A DNA stretch of 64,000 nucleotides from Halanaerobacter jeridensis (lineage in GTDB: Bacteria > Bacillota > Halanaerobiia > Halobacteroidales > Halobacteroidaceae), in the NCBI RefSeq assembly GCF_016908315.1, contig NZ_JAFBDQ010000005.1, positions 1 through 64,000 of the forward strand, in the 5' to 3' direction. Shown piece after piece: positions 9,865 to 18,034 of this stretch (its first letter is position 1; every line of letters starts with the position of its first letter). A model generated the notes under the pieces. The model saw only the letters and a program-made list of their open reading frames with translations, had not been told where the DNA came from and did not search any database. The position numbers and the translations under genes were made by a program.

Positions 9865-9990
9865 ATAACGTCCCTAGGGTTCGCGACGTCTAGCTAAACC
9901 CTCCTATAACTTGTCCATCCTCTAAAACTCAATATTCAATTCCTAACCTTCCCTAACCTCTCAACCTAGATGTCGCTAACCCTATGTTAG
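9865..9990. repeat. attC-like structured repeat, copy 6 (different central region)
   Basis: ATAACGTCCCTAGGGTTCGCGACGTCTAG...CTAGATGTCGCTAACCCTATGTTAG. Stem TAGGGTT/AACCCTA. Confidence 0.65.
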
Positions 9991-10014
9991 ACGATGTTTG
10001 CTTGATAAAAATCA

Positions 10015-11046
10015 TTACCTTCTCTCTATTTCTTCAATTATTAATTTTGGGAATTTATATTCAATTACAGCAATAGCTTCTTTTAAAAGCGGATAAGAAA
10101 AATCTCCTTTTGAACTAGTAATCATTGACATCCAATGAGTTGGATAATATCGAACTAACATACCAATCGCATATGAAATAATGTAAATAGTTAATAAAGA
10201 AGAAAAATTTAAATTATCAGCTAAAGGGGCAACAGCAAATATATTATTTTTTCTATCATTTTTTACAAACGGAACTCTATTATAAAACTCTTCATTAGAA
10301 GAATGAATTATTCTAAAAGATATATTTTCTAAATTACCTGCAAAATTATGTTTTTCCTTCTTTCTCGTTTTAATGTCTTTTGGTAAACCAAAGTCATCTC
10401 TAACTAATTCCTTATTAGGTAACCCAATACTAGTTTCTAACACTGCAATATCTGTTTGTTCAGATAAACAAAAAACAATTGCATTATAACATTTAGAATA
10501 ATCATCAAAAGTATTCTCATATATATTTTGTAATTCCGGAATCCTCGCTAATATTTCTTTAATAGTAATTAAATTATTACTATCTTCTTTACCCCCATAT
10601 TGTTTTATTTTAGTTCGATTTGGATATGGAGCTATATATATTGAACTTCTCTCAATATTTTCTGTAACCTCCCATAACTTAGAAAATGTGCCAGAAGTAA
10701 TCTCAACATTCAAATTAGGTACTTCTTCTATTCCATCTGAAAGTTTTTGGGTCCAATTTTTCACTCTTAATCCATGAGATGGTTTAAGGCTAGTTACTCT
10801 TGCAAAAGGATCTAAAAATAAAATTAATCCACGACAAAATGCAACTACTCCGTAATAAAACAATAGAGGAGATACAACATTATCAGCCTGTTTTGCACTG
10901 GAAAAATATTCTCTTCCTTGAGTAATATGAGAAACTATTTCCTCTGCTTTTCCAGCCGAAAGTTCTCTATCATGCTTCTCTTCATAAAATTTTGAAACTA
11001 AATCTTTGCTTTCATACAAAGATATCTTAGACCAAACATTTTTCAT
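10015..11046 (-). CDS. YaaC-like family protein
   Basis: 343 aa. Pattern W..IS.YES.DLV.KF...H...QGREYF..A.....V.PLLFYYG.V and C-terminal PLLKEAI.VIE.KFPKLII match my recollection of B. subtilis YaaC-family proteins. Confidence 0.5.
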   Translation of the reverse strand: MKNVWSKISLYESKDLVSKFYEEKHDRELSAGKAEEIVSHITQGREYFSSAKQADNVVSPLLFYYGVVAFCRGLILFLDPFARVTSLKPSHGLRVKNWTQKLSDGIEEVPNLNVEITSGTFSKLWEVTENIERSSIYIAPYPNRTKIKQYGGKEDSNNLITIKEILARIPELQNIYENTFDDYSKCYNAIVFCLSEQTDIAVLETSIGLPNKELVRDDFGLPKDIKTRKKEKHNFAGNLENISFRIIHSSNEEFYNRVPFVKNDRKNNIFAVAPLADNLNFSSLLTIYIISYAIGMLVRYYPTHWMSMITSSKGDFSYPLLKEAIAVIEYKFPKLIIEEIERR

Positions 11047-11069
11047 TATTTACCTCCCTTTTTCCCTTG

Positions 11070-11528
11070 TCACAAATTTACTTTTTCTAACTGTGTAGGC
11101 CAAGCTCCTTGACCATTTCCTCCTTTAAAATAAACTCTATAATTTTTTCCTATAGAAGAAACAACATGTTTAGTAATATACTTCTTTTCTTCACCATCAA
11201 TTTCAACTTTACTTTTCTTTTTAACTTTGTCTCCAGGCTTTAAATTTAATTCTTCAATTGCTTGCTTATTATTTTCTTTTAATTTATCCTCAATTTTTGC
11301 TGAGGCAACTCTCAACGAATTGTTTTTAAGATCTAAACCCAATTCTTCTCCAAATTCAATTTGTTTTTCAGTAGACTCATTAAATTCCATATTAGGATCA
11401 ATTGCTGGTTCAACTGCATCATAAATCCTTGCACTTGCTACATTACGAGTATCATTAGAAATATCAACTTCTAATTTAATTGCTATATTCTTTTGAAATG
11501 GTGTTGGTTTTTTATGAACATCATTCAC
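11070..11528 (-). CDS. hypothetical protein, co-cassette partner of the YaaC-like gene
   Basis: 152 aa with internal duplication (RNVASARIYDAVE / LRVASAKIEDKLKE). Same cassette as 10015-11046. Confidence 0.45.
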   Translation of the reverse strand: MNDVHKKPTPFQKNIAIKLEVDISNDTRNVASARIYDAVEPAIDPNMEFNESTEKQIEFGEELGLDLKNNSLRVASAKIEDKLKENNKQAIEELNLKPGDKVKKKSKVEIDGEEKKYITKHVVSSIGKNYRVYFKGGNGQGAWPTQLEKVNL

Positions 11529-11577
11529 AAATAAATTTCCTCCTTTAAAAAATATAATATAACAAAAGCAAATGTCG

Positions 11578-11705
11578 TCTAACGTCCCTGGGGTTCGCGA
11601 CGTCTAGCTCAACCCTCTTATAACTTGTCCTTCCTATAAAACTTTCATATGTAATCTCTACCTTCACCCATCCTCCTAGCCTAGATGTCGCTAACCCCAT
11701 GTTAT
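11578..11705. repeat. attC-like structured repeat, copy 7 (same subfamily as copy 6)
   Basis: CTAACGTCCCTGGGGTTCGCGACGTCTAG...CTAGATGTCGCTAACCCCATGTTAT. Stem TGGGGTT/AACCCCA. Confidence 0.65.
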
Positions 11706-11955
11706 GTGATGCTTCTGATCGGTTAATAAAAAATAATCCCCAATAAAATTAAAACCCTCATTAAAATTTAGCATAATAATAAATACTCATATCAAACAAC
11801 TATAATTCGAATTATTTTATACTAATATTATATTCAACCTTACTTTTACTCCTCAATTTGCAACTCAACTCCTGGTATATAAACATTAATCCTTTCTATT
11901 TTAAATCTAATTCTATTTTCTAATTCTTTTTTCACAATATCTTGAATTGTTTGCC

Positions 11956-12648
11956 CTACTTTATAAACTTTTTTCTAGAATCAACAATTATATTTAAGTT
12001 AACAGTAATTCTTTCACCTTGTCTTTCAATCTCAACACCTTTAGATAAATCTTTTAAACCTAATATATCCTTAAGCGCATTCAAAAAACTACCTCCATTA
12101 GTATCTACTACCCCATCTATCTCTCTAACAACTATTCCCACTAACTCTTCTATCTTGTTATATTTTTCATCTTCAATACTAATTGAATTCAATTCAATAT
12201 TATTTTCATTTCCTAATTTATATTTAGGAAATAATCTATTACTTGGATCATCTGGTTCAGTATAATCAAATTTTTTTATATTAACTTTAACCTTGTTAAC
12301 TTCAATTCCTGTTTTATGTTTCAATCTATATTTTACAGTATCTCTTATTTCTTGGGCTACTATATTACTTTGCATTTCATCTTTTATTATTGCATTAATT
12401 TCAATAATAAATCCGTCATCAATTATTCTATATTCTATTCCCTTAGATAAATTATTTATTCCTAATAATACACGAATATCATCAAAAAAACTTCCCTGCG
12501 TATCAATTACTCCATCTATTTCTCTAACAATAACCCCAATTAAAATTTTTATTACTTCTTTAGAAATCCTAATCTTTCCTTTGTTATTTTTTTGTTCAAT
12601 ATCAATATCCTTAGATTTTTTCATAATTGTTTTGCTCTCCTTTTGCAA
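11956..12648 (-). CDS. Asp23/Gls24-family protein with two Asp23 domains; 3' end apparently frameshifted
   Basis: Two copies of VIKILIGVIVREIDGV.DT...LSKGIE. The conserved C-terminal continuation VYKVGQTIQDIVKKELENRIRFKIERINVYIPGVELQIEE* is in another frame at 11846-11958, after an A6 run. Confidence 0.65.
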   Translation of the reverse strand: MQKESKTIMKKSKDIDIEQKNNKGKIRISKEVIKILIGVIVREIDGVIDTQGSFFDDIRVLLGINNLSKGIEYRIIDDGFIIEINAIIKDEMQSNIVAQEIRDTVKYRLKHKTGIEVNKVKVNIKKFDYTEPDDPSNRLFPKYKLGNENNIELNSISIEDEKYNKIEELVGIVVREIDGVVDTNGGSFLNALKDILGLKDLSKGVEIERQGERITVNLNIIVDSRKKFIK

Positions 12649-12691
12649 TATAGATAAAAAGTTTTATAAGAAGTTTCACATAACTTATTTT

Positions 12692-12753
12692 TTAACGACA
12701 CAAAAATCATAATTTATAGTTGTTCCTTATATTTACGATGATTGTGTCGTTAA
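12692..12753 (-). promoter_or_regulatory. perfect hairpin immediately 3' of the recombinase gene (terminator and/or attI-like site)
   Basis: TTAACGACACAAAAATCAT...ATGATTGTGTCGTTAA. It contains GTCG/CGAC cores that resemble the conserved GCGACGTC/GATGTCGC boxes of the attC-like repeats. Confidence 0.35.
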
Positions 12754-12760
12754 AATCAGA

Positions 12761-13801
12761 TTAGTTGATTAAATTATCTAACGGACTTTCTATGTTTGCA
12801 ATATCTCTTTTGCTGACATGAGTATATATTTCAGTAGTAGTAGAACTCTTATGTCCTAATAATTTTTGGATGTATCGTAAATCAGTTCCTTGCTCTAATA
12901 AATGTGTTGCAAAAGAATGTCTTAAAGTATGTACAGAAACATCTTTAGTAATATTAGCTTTTCTACAGGCTTTTTTGAATATTCTTTGTACTGATCTTGT
13001 AGTTAAGTGTTCTCCTTCTTTGCCTCCAGGAAACAACCTCTTTTCGGGTTGATATAATTGATGATACATTTTTATCTGTTTCAGACAAGATTCTGATAAG
13101 ATCGTATAGCGATCTTTTCTCCCCTTCCCTTGATTAATTTTAATTAGCATTCTATCACTATTAATATCATCCATTTTTAGTTTAACAACTTCACTAACCC
13201 TTAATCCAGCAGAATAAACTACATACAAAATTGTTTTATGTTTGGGGTTATCTAGACTATCTAAAATCTTCGCTACTTCTTTTTTACTTAATACTTCCGG
13301 TAACTTTTTTTCTTTTTGTGGTCGTGATAAAACAACTGAAATATCTTTATTATCCAATACTTCCCGGGCCAAGAACTTAATAGCACTAATCCCCTGGTTA
13401 ACAAATGAATGTGATAAATCTTGGTCTAATAAATCCAACAAATAATCCTTAATCTCAGCATCAGTCACTCGTGATAACTTCTTATTAATAAATCGTGCAA
13501 ACTGCCTAATATGACTCATATAAACTTTTTCCGTCTTTTCACTATAACCTTCTAAATTTAACTGATTTTTTAGTTCATTAATTACTAGTTCATTTTCTAA
13601 AGCACTGGAAATTATAATTCTTTCATTAACAAATTTCTCTTTTAACTGTTCTAAAATATCATAATCATAAGGTACTAACCATGCTCTAGCTTTAGGGGCC
13701 CATTCCCGCTTATTAATTTCTTTAATTTTTTTAATTTTTCTTTCCGAATAATCAAATTTAACAGCTAGTTGTCCTTCTAACTTTTCAATTCTTAATGTCA
13801 T
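12761..13801 (-). CDS. tyrosine-type site-specific recombinase (XerD-like core, about 100-aa N-terminal extension); putative cassette-array integrase
   Basis: 346 aa. Box II HTLRHSFATHLLEQGTDLRYIQKLLGHKSSTTTEIYTHV, R at LRVSE, catalytic Y in EIYTHV, C-terminal SPLDNL. Only about 58 aa between KDR and HTLRHS, so no IntI-type additional domain is evident. Confidence 0.85.
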   Translation of the reverse strand: MTLRIEKLEGQLAVKFDYSERKIKKIKEINKREWAPKARAWLVPYDYDILEQLKEKFVNERIIISSALENELVINELKNQLNLEGYSEKTEKVYMSHIRQFARFINKKLSRVTDAEIKDYLLDLLDQDLSHSFVNQGISAIKFLAREVLDNKDISVVLSRPQKEKKLPEVLSKKEVAKILDSLDNPKHKTILYVVYSAGLRVSEVVKLKMDDINSDRMLIKINQGKGRKDRYTILSESCLKQIKMYHQLYQPEKRLFPGGKEGEHLTTRSVQRIFKKACRKANITKDVSVHTLRHSFATHLLEQGTDLRYIQKLLGHKSSTTTEIYTHVSKRDIANIESPLDNLIN

Positions 13802-14037
13802 AAATTAGCTCCTCTCTCGCACGCATAAAATTAAATCTAACAAAAAATAGATTTTATAACATTATAACCAAATTTAAGAGCTAATATACATTAAAATATA
13901 TTTGCAACTAGCTTTTCTTATTATATTATTGATTATATACATTTATAGCATATTCTAGTTATACTTTTATTTTTCTCCACTAAAAAATATTTTCCTGCAC
14001 ATTCATCGTTAAAATCAATTTATTCTACTTATTTTTA

Positions 14038-14073
14038 CAAAAAAATAAAAGCTATCAAAATAATTTTGATAGC
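14038..14073 (-). terminator. Rho-independent terminator
   Basis: gctatcaaaa taa ttttgatagc followed by a T-run on the minus strand. Confidence 0.6.
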
Positions 14074-14154
14074 AAATTAAAGTTTATATTCTTTTTTATC
14101 TATAAACTAGGGCCAACAACAAATAAGTTACTCAATCAAAATTAATATTTATTA

Positions 14155-14820
14155 TTAAACATCATTCTTCTGAACTAATTGATTTAAACCTTCAGCTACA
14201 TCTGCTAATTGCTGAGAAGAAGCTGCAATGTCATCAGACATATGAGTTATTTCTTGTGATACATCCAAAACTTCATCACTATTTTCAGCTAAAGTTTGGG
14301 TGGAATTGTTTATAGCTTCTATTGCTGCATTTAAAGCTAATAAATTAGTCTGTTCTGCTATATTATCAATCAATTTAATTATTTTCCCAACTTCTTCAGA
14401 ATTATGATCAAGCTGATTAATCGTTTTTACTGTTTGACTTACAGAATCAGTAATGTCTTCCATACTGTCAATTGCTTTTTGAACTTTTTTGCTACCCAAC
14501 TGAACTCTCTTATTAGTTTTTTGAGCAAATTCTGCTACTTCGTTAATACTATTAGATATACCGTGTATTTTAAGTGCCATTTTTTCAATCAAAGAAGAAC
14601 TAGTTTCAATTGAGGCATTCCCTTCTTCAGCAGCAGCTGATAATTGTTGACTAGTAGCAGTAACTTCTCCAACTTTTTCTTTTATATTATTAATAATGAT
14701 ATTTAAATTCTGACTTAAATCTAAAGCTTCAGCCTGTTTTTCTTCTGCCAAATTTATTAAATGAATTGATTTATTAATTAACAAAATAGCAACAATTCCA
14801 GTGAAAATAAAAATAACCAT
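14155..14820 (-). pseudogene. methyl-accepting chemotaxis protein remnant (TM plus partial signalling domain)
   Basis: 221 aa: one TM helix then [16 protein letters not shown]...[11 protein letters not shown]. Lacks the HAMP/sensor region and the ARAGE.GRGFAVVA segment. Compare intact MCP at 37424-39019. Confidence 0.5.
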
Positions 14821-14991
14821 AATTAAAATCTAAGTAGTAGGGCCAAACATAGCTAATATAGTATCTGTAATTATATAATATTCAACTAATAATTAGTGGA
14901 ATTAAGGTAATTGAGTTTAAAAATAGATATTGTTTTGTTACTAAGGATACTTGATAAGTTTTTAATTTATTCCCTTTAACTACTAAAAATA

Positions 14992-15780
14992 TTATTCTAT
15001 CATATCTTCTAATGATATTTGCTTATTATGATCTCTTTGTTTACCTATACTAACTTCTTGATATTGAATTGCTTCTTCTGGACACCACTGTATACAGGCA
15101 AAACACAATTCACAATCGTCTCCCCAGACTGGACTATCATCAACTAAACTAATATTACCTCTAGGACAAAGTTCTACGCACTTACCGCATAAATTACAAT
15201 CTTCAGTTGACCAAAAATCAGCTGCGGCTTCTTTGAATTGCTTAATTGCACCTTTATGGATCATTCCCCCCAAAAAATTAGCTAATTTTGAGCTAGTTTC
15301 TAATTTGTGCTGCTGCTTATTCTCAACTACCTCAATAATCTCTGATAATCGTTCTGCAAATGGAAGAGGCGGTTCTCCTGCAATATTCCTCATTATTTTC
15401 ATAAAAATATTTTCCTCTAAAAAAGTATAACTAGCCTCTCTTACTGCAAATCCCGCTTTTAAATCTCCTCCACTTTTATTCAACAACTCTTTTAGCTGAA
15501 TCAAAGTATTTCCTGGTGTTCCTCCACAAGTAGCTACAGCAAAAGTATACTCTTCCCCACTTAGTTTAATCTGTTTCACAAAATCTGCAACAATCCTCGG
15601 CAGACCCCAAGCATAAACTGGAAAGACAAAACCTATTCTTTCTGCTTCTAAACTATCACAATTATTCATAGCTTCAGAAATAGCTACTAACTCAACATTA
15701 TCAAGTTTCTCTACTATCTGACGAGCAGCAAATAAAGAATTCCCTGTTCCGGAAAAATAAAATATTTTGTTTAGCATCAT
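14992..15780 (-). CDS. flavodoxin-like / 4Fe-4S ferredoxin-domain protein
   Basis: N-terminal flavodoxin-like fold (IFYFSGTGNS). C-terminal CGKCVELCP and CELCFACIQWCP cysteine clusters. Confidence 0.6.
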   Translation of the reverse strand: MMLNKIFYFSGTGNSLFAARQIVEKLDNVELVAISEAMNNCDSLEAERIGFVFPVYAWGLPRIVADFVKQIKLSGEEYTFAVATCGGTPGNTLIQLKELLNKSGGDLKAGFAVREASYTFLEENIFMKIMRNIAGEPPLPFAERLSEIIEVVENKQQHKLETSSKLANFLGGMIHKGAIKQFKEAAADFWSTEDCNLCGKCVELCPRGNISLVDDSPVWGDDCELCFACIQWCPEEAIQYQEVSIGKQRDHNKQISLEDMIE

Positions 15781-15811
15781 TGATCACCTTTATTCAATTA
15801 ATTTTACTACC

Positions 15812-16630
15812 TTATTTACTTTTTTCTCTTCCTTCCTGATCATAAACAATAGCTGTCTTATCAAACTCATACAACAAACCATCACCAGCAAAGGTTCTAT
15901 GTTCTTTTCCACTAATTTCACCAGCTAAAACTCCTTCTATTCCTATTATCAATTCATCAACTATATCTGCTTCTAAAGGGGTCCTTCTGTGCGCTGGTAA
16001 AACCATATCAAATTCATCTATTCTACTTTTTATCTTCTTGAGTCCGGCTAAAAATGTATTTAATGACTTTGAACTTCCTAACTGCAACCAAATGTGCCCC
16101 TCTACTATTGCATCTCCAGTAAATAATGCTTTATCTTCTTTATCAAGCAAACAAATACTACCTGCAGAATGACTAGGCAGGGCAATTACTTCAATATTTT
16201 TATCTCCCAAGTCAAATTGATGACCATCTTTTATGAAAATTAAATTATTATAATCTGCTTCAAGCCATCCCTCTACATCAAATTGTGGGGGATAAGGTCC
16301 CCGTTGTGCTTTCTCTAAAGCCCACTCCCTACTTTCTCGTTCAAAACATCCTTTTAATAATTTTGCATCAGCTTTAGTGATGTGAACATTATCAAATTGA
16401 TAAGCTCCACCTACATGGTCAGGATGACCGTGAGTATTAACTACTACTATTGGCAGTTCTGTCAATTCAGAAATTAATTCTTTTAAATCTCCTATACCCC
16501 AGCCAGTATCAATTAATAAAGCTCGCTTACTACCTCTAACTAAATAAATAGTATTATCACCATTATCATCAATTGCTAAAATATCATCTGTTATTTCTTG
16601 TACTTCAAACCACTGCTCTTTCGTCTTCAT
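15812..16630 (-). CDS. MBL-fold metallo-hydrolase
   Basis: VNTHGHPDHVGG metal-binding motif. Confidence 0.75.
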   Translation of the reverse strand: MKTKEQWFEVQEITDDILAIDDNGDNTIYLVRGSKRALLIDTGWGIGDLKELISELTELPIVVVNTHGHPDHVGGAYQFDNVHITKADAKLLKGCFERESREWALEKAQRGPYPPQFDVEGWLEADYNNLIFIKDGHQFDLGDKNIEVIALPSHSAGSICLLDKEDKALFTGDAIVEGHIWLQLGSSKSLNTFLAGLKKIKSRIDEFDMVLPAHRRTPLEADIVDELIIGIEGVLAGEISGKEHRTFAGDGLLYEFDKTAIVYDQEGREKSK

Positions 16631-16689
16631 TGAAAAAAACCTCCACTAATTTAATTACTTTTAATCCAAGCAACAATATATTCCACTGA

Positions 16690-16960
16690 ATTAATTTATT
16701 CTCCCTTACTAATATTTTATTCTTTGTTCTGGGCCAACAACTTACGAAATCCTCTTTCATCAAAATACGTTACTGCTTCAAAATTAGCCGGATGATTATA
16801 GGCACCTTCCTCAAAATATTCTGTCCTTCCCCTCTTGCTCCACTAAATATTGATTAACTGACCTTGATACAGTAGTCTTTCCTGCACTAGGCAGCCCTTC
16901 TACTAAAATTAAATTTTCTTCCCCTAACACTTCACCTCTCAGTTTTATCACATAAAACTC
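16690..16960 (-). pseudogene. frameshifted remnant of a small P-loop NTPase/kinase
   Basis: rc translation VIKLRGEVLGEENLILVEGLPSAGKTTVSRSVNQYLVEQEGKDRIF*, then in another frame EEGAYNHPANFEAVTYFDERGFRKLLAQNKE*. Confidence 0.3.
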
Positions 16961-17029
16961 TAATTACTATAATATTTCTCTGTAAAACTTAATTCTCATT
17001 CAATTGATTCAACTAAAACTGCACACCAG

Positions 17030-17260
17030 TTAATCAAATTCCGCAAAGTTCTGCGCAAAAACAAAATTTAGTATCGGCTCCCCTTCTTGAAACTCCAACA
17101 TTTCTAATTTTAATTCTTTTCCAGCTAGTTCTTGTCTCGTCTTAATTATTTCTTTTTCTGGGGGAGTATTACTCATTCCTAACAACAAAATAGCTATTAT
17201 TAACATCAATCCTAACAACAATATCTTATTTTTGTTTAACATTTTATTCCCTCCAGTCAT
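17030..17260 (-). CDS. small membrane protein
   Basis: 76 aa with one hydrophobic helix. Overlaps the TetR gene end by 4 nt. Confidence 0.35.
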   Translation of the reverse strand: MTGGNKMLNKNKILLLGLMLIIAILLLGMSNTPPEKEIIKTRQELAGKELKLEMLEFQEGEPILNFVFAQNFAEFD

Positions 17261-17893
17261 TTTCTAATAGACCGCTTAGCAAAATCGAACATAGCTGTTA
17301 TGATCTCTTCTACTTCTCGCTGATGATATCCTTCTAAATAAGCTTTCTTTTTAGCCACCAAACTATTAACTCCCATAATATTGGCCCACAGAATTAATGC
17401 TGTATCAGTAACATCTATATCTTCTCTAATACTTCCATCTGCTATTCCTTCTTTTACCGCAGTAGTTAAAAACTCAAAAGCCTGTTCTCCCTTTTGATAA
17501 TACTCCTGCATCAACTGATCATCACTACTAAAATCTTCTTTTTGGGTTTCATAATTAGCGATTGCCTTAAAGTAATCGGGATATTCTTGATACAACTCTA
17601 AAAAACTACGGCCAATTGTCTCAATCTTGACCCAACCATTTTGTTCAGACATAGCTTCTAAATTCTGTTCTATCAACTTAATAAATTGTTCAAAAGCCCG
17701 AATAATCACTGCTAAATACAACTGCTGTTTACTATTGAAATAAACATAAATAGTTCGTTTACTAAATTATGCTTCTTGGGCTACTTCACTCATGGTAGTA
17801 TCTTCATAACCGTAGGCAAAAAATAATTTTTCTGCCGCATCAACAATCTCTGTTCTATTTATTTCTTTTGCTTTTTCTTTTCTTGATTCAACG
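17257..17893 (-). pseudogene. TetR/AcrR-family regulator with an in-frame TAA
   Basis: HTH part MGVESRKEKAKEINRTEIVDAAEKLFFAYGYEDTTMSEVAQEA, then TAA (+ strand tta at about 17767-17769), then FSKRTIYVYFNSKQQLY... joining the 154-aa ORF in the same frame. Confidence 0.5.
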
Positions 17894-18034
17894 CCCATAA
17901 TCTATCTCCTTTCATGAAAGTGTAATTAAATAAACTAATAGTTTACTTAATTACATTTTACTCTTTTTTTAATTATTATCAAGAAAAAAAGAACATATCT
18001 AATCTCAGACATGTTCTTAATTACATATTAATTA

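Noticed and set aside
1506-11705. The regularly recurring 130-bp repeats as a CRISPR array
   Set aside because: Repeats are about 130 bp (not 24-48), spaced 0.5-3.6 kb apart with full-length genes between them, carry long internal stems with covariation, and there are no cas genes. They fit attC-like cassette boundaries instead.
12761-13801. Calling the recombinase a bona fide IntI integron integrase
   Set aside because: The distance between the KDR segment and box II is Xer-like (about 58 aa). I could not find the roughly 40-aa IntI additional domain. It is therefore reported as a tyrosine recombinase with integron-like context.
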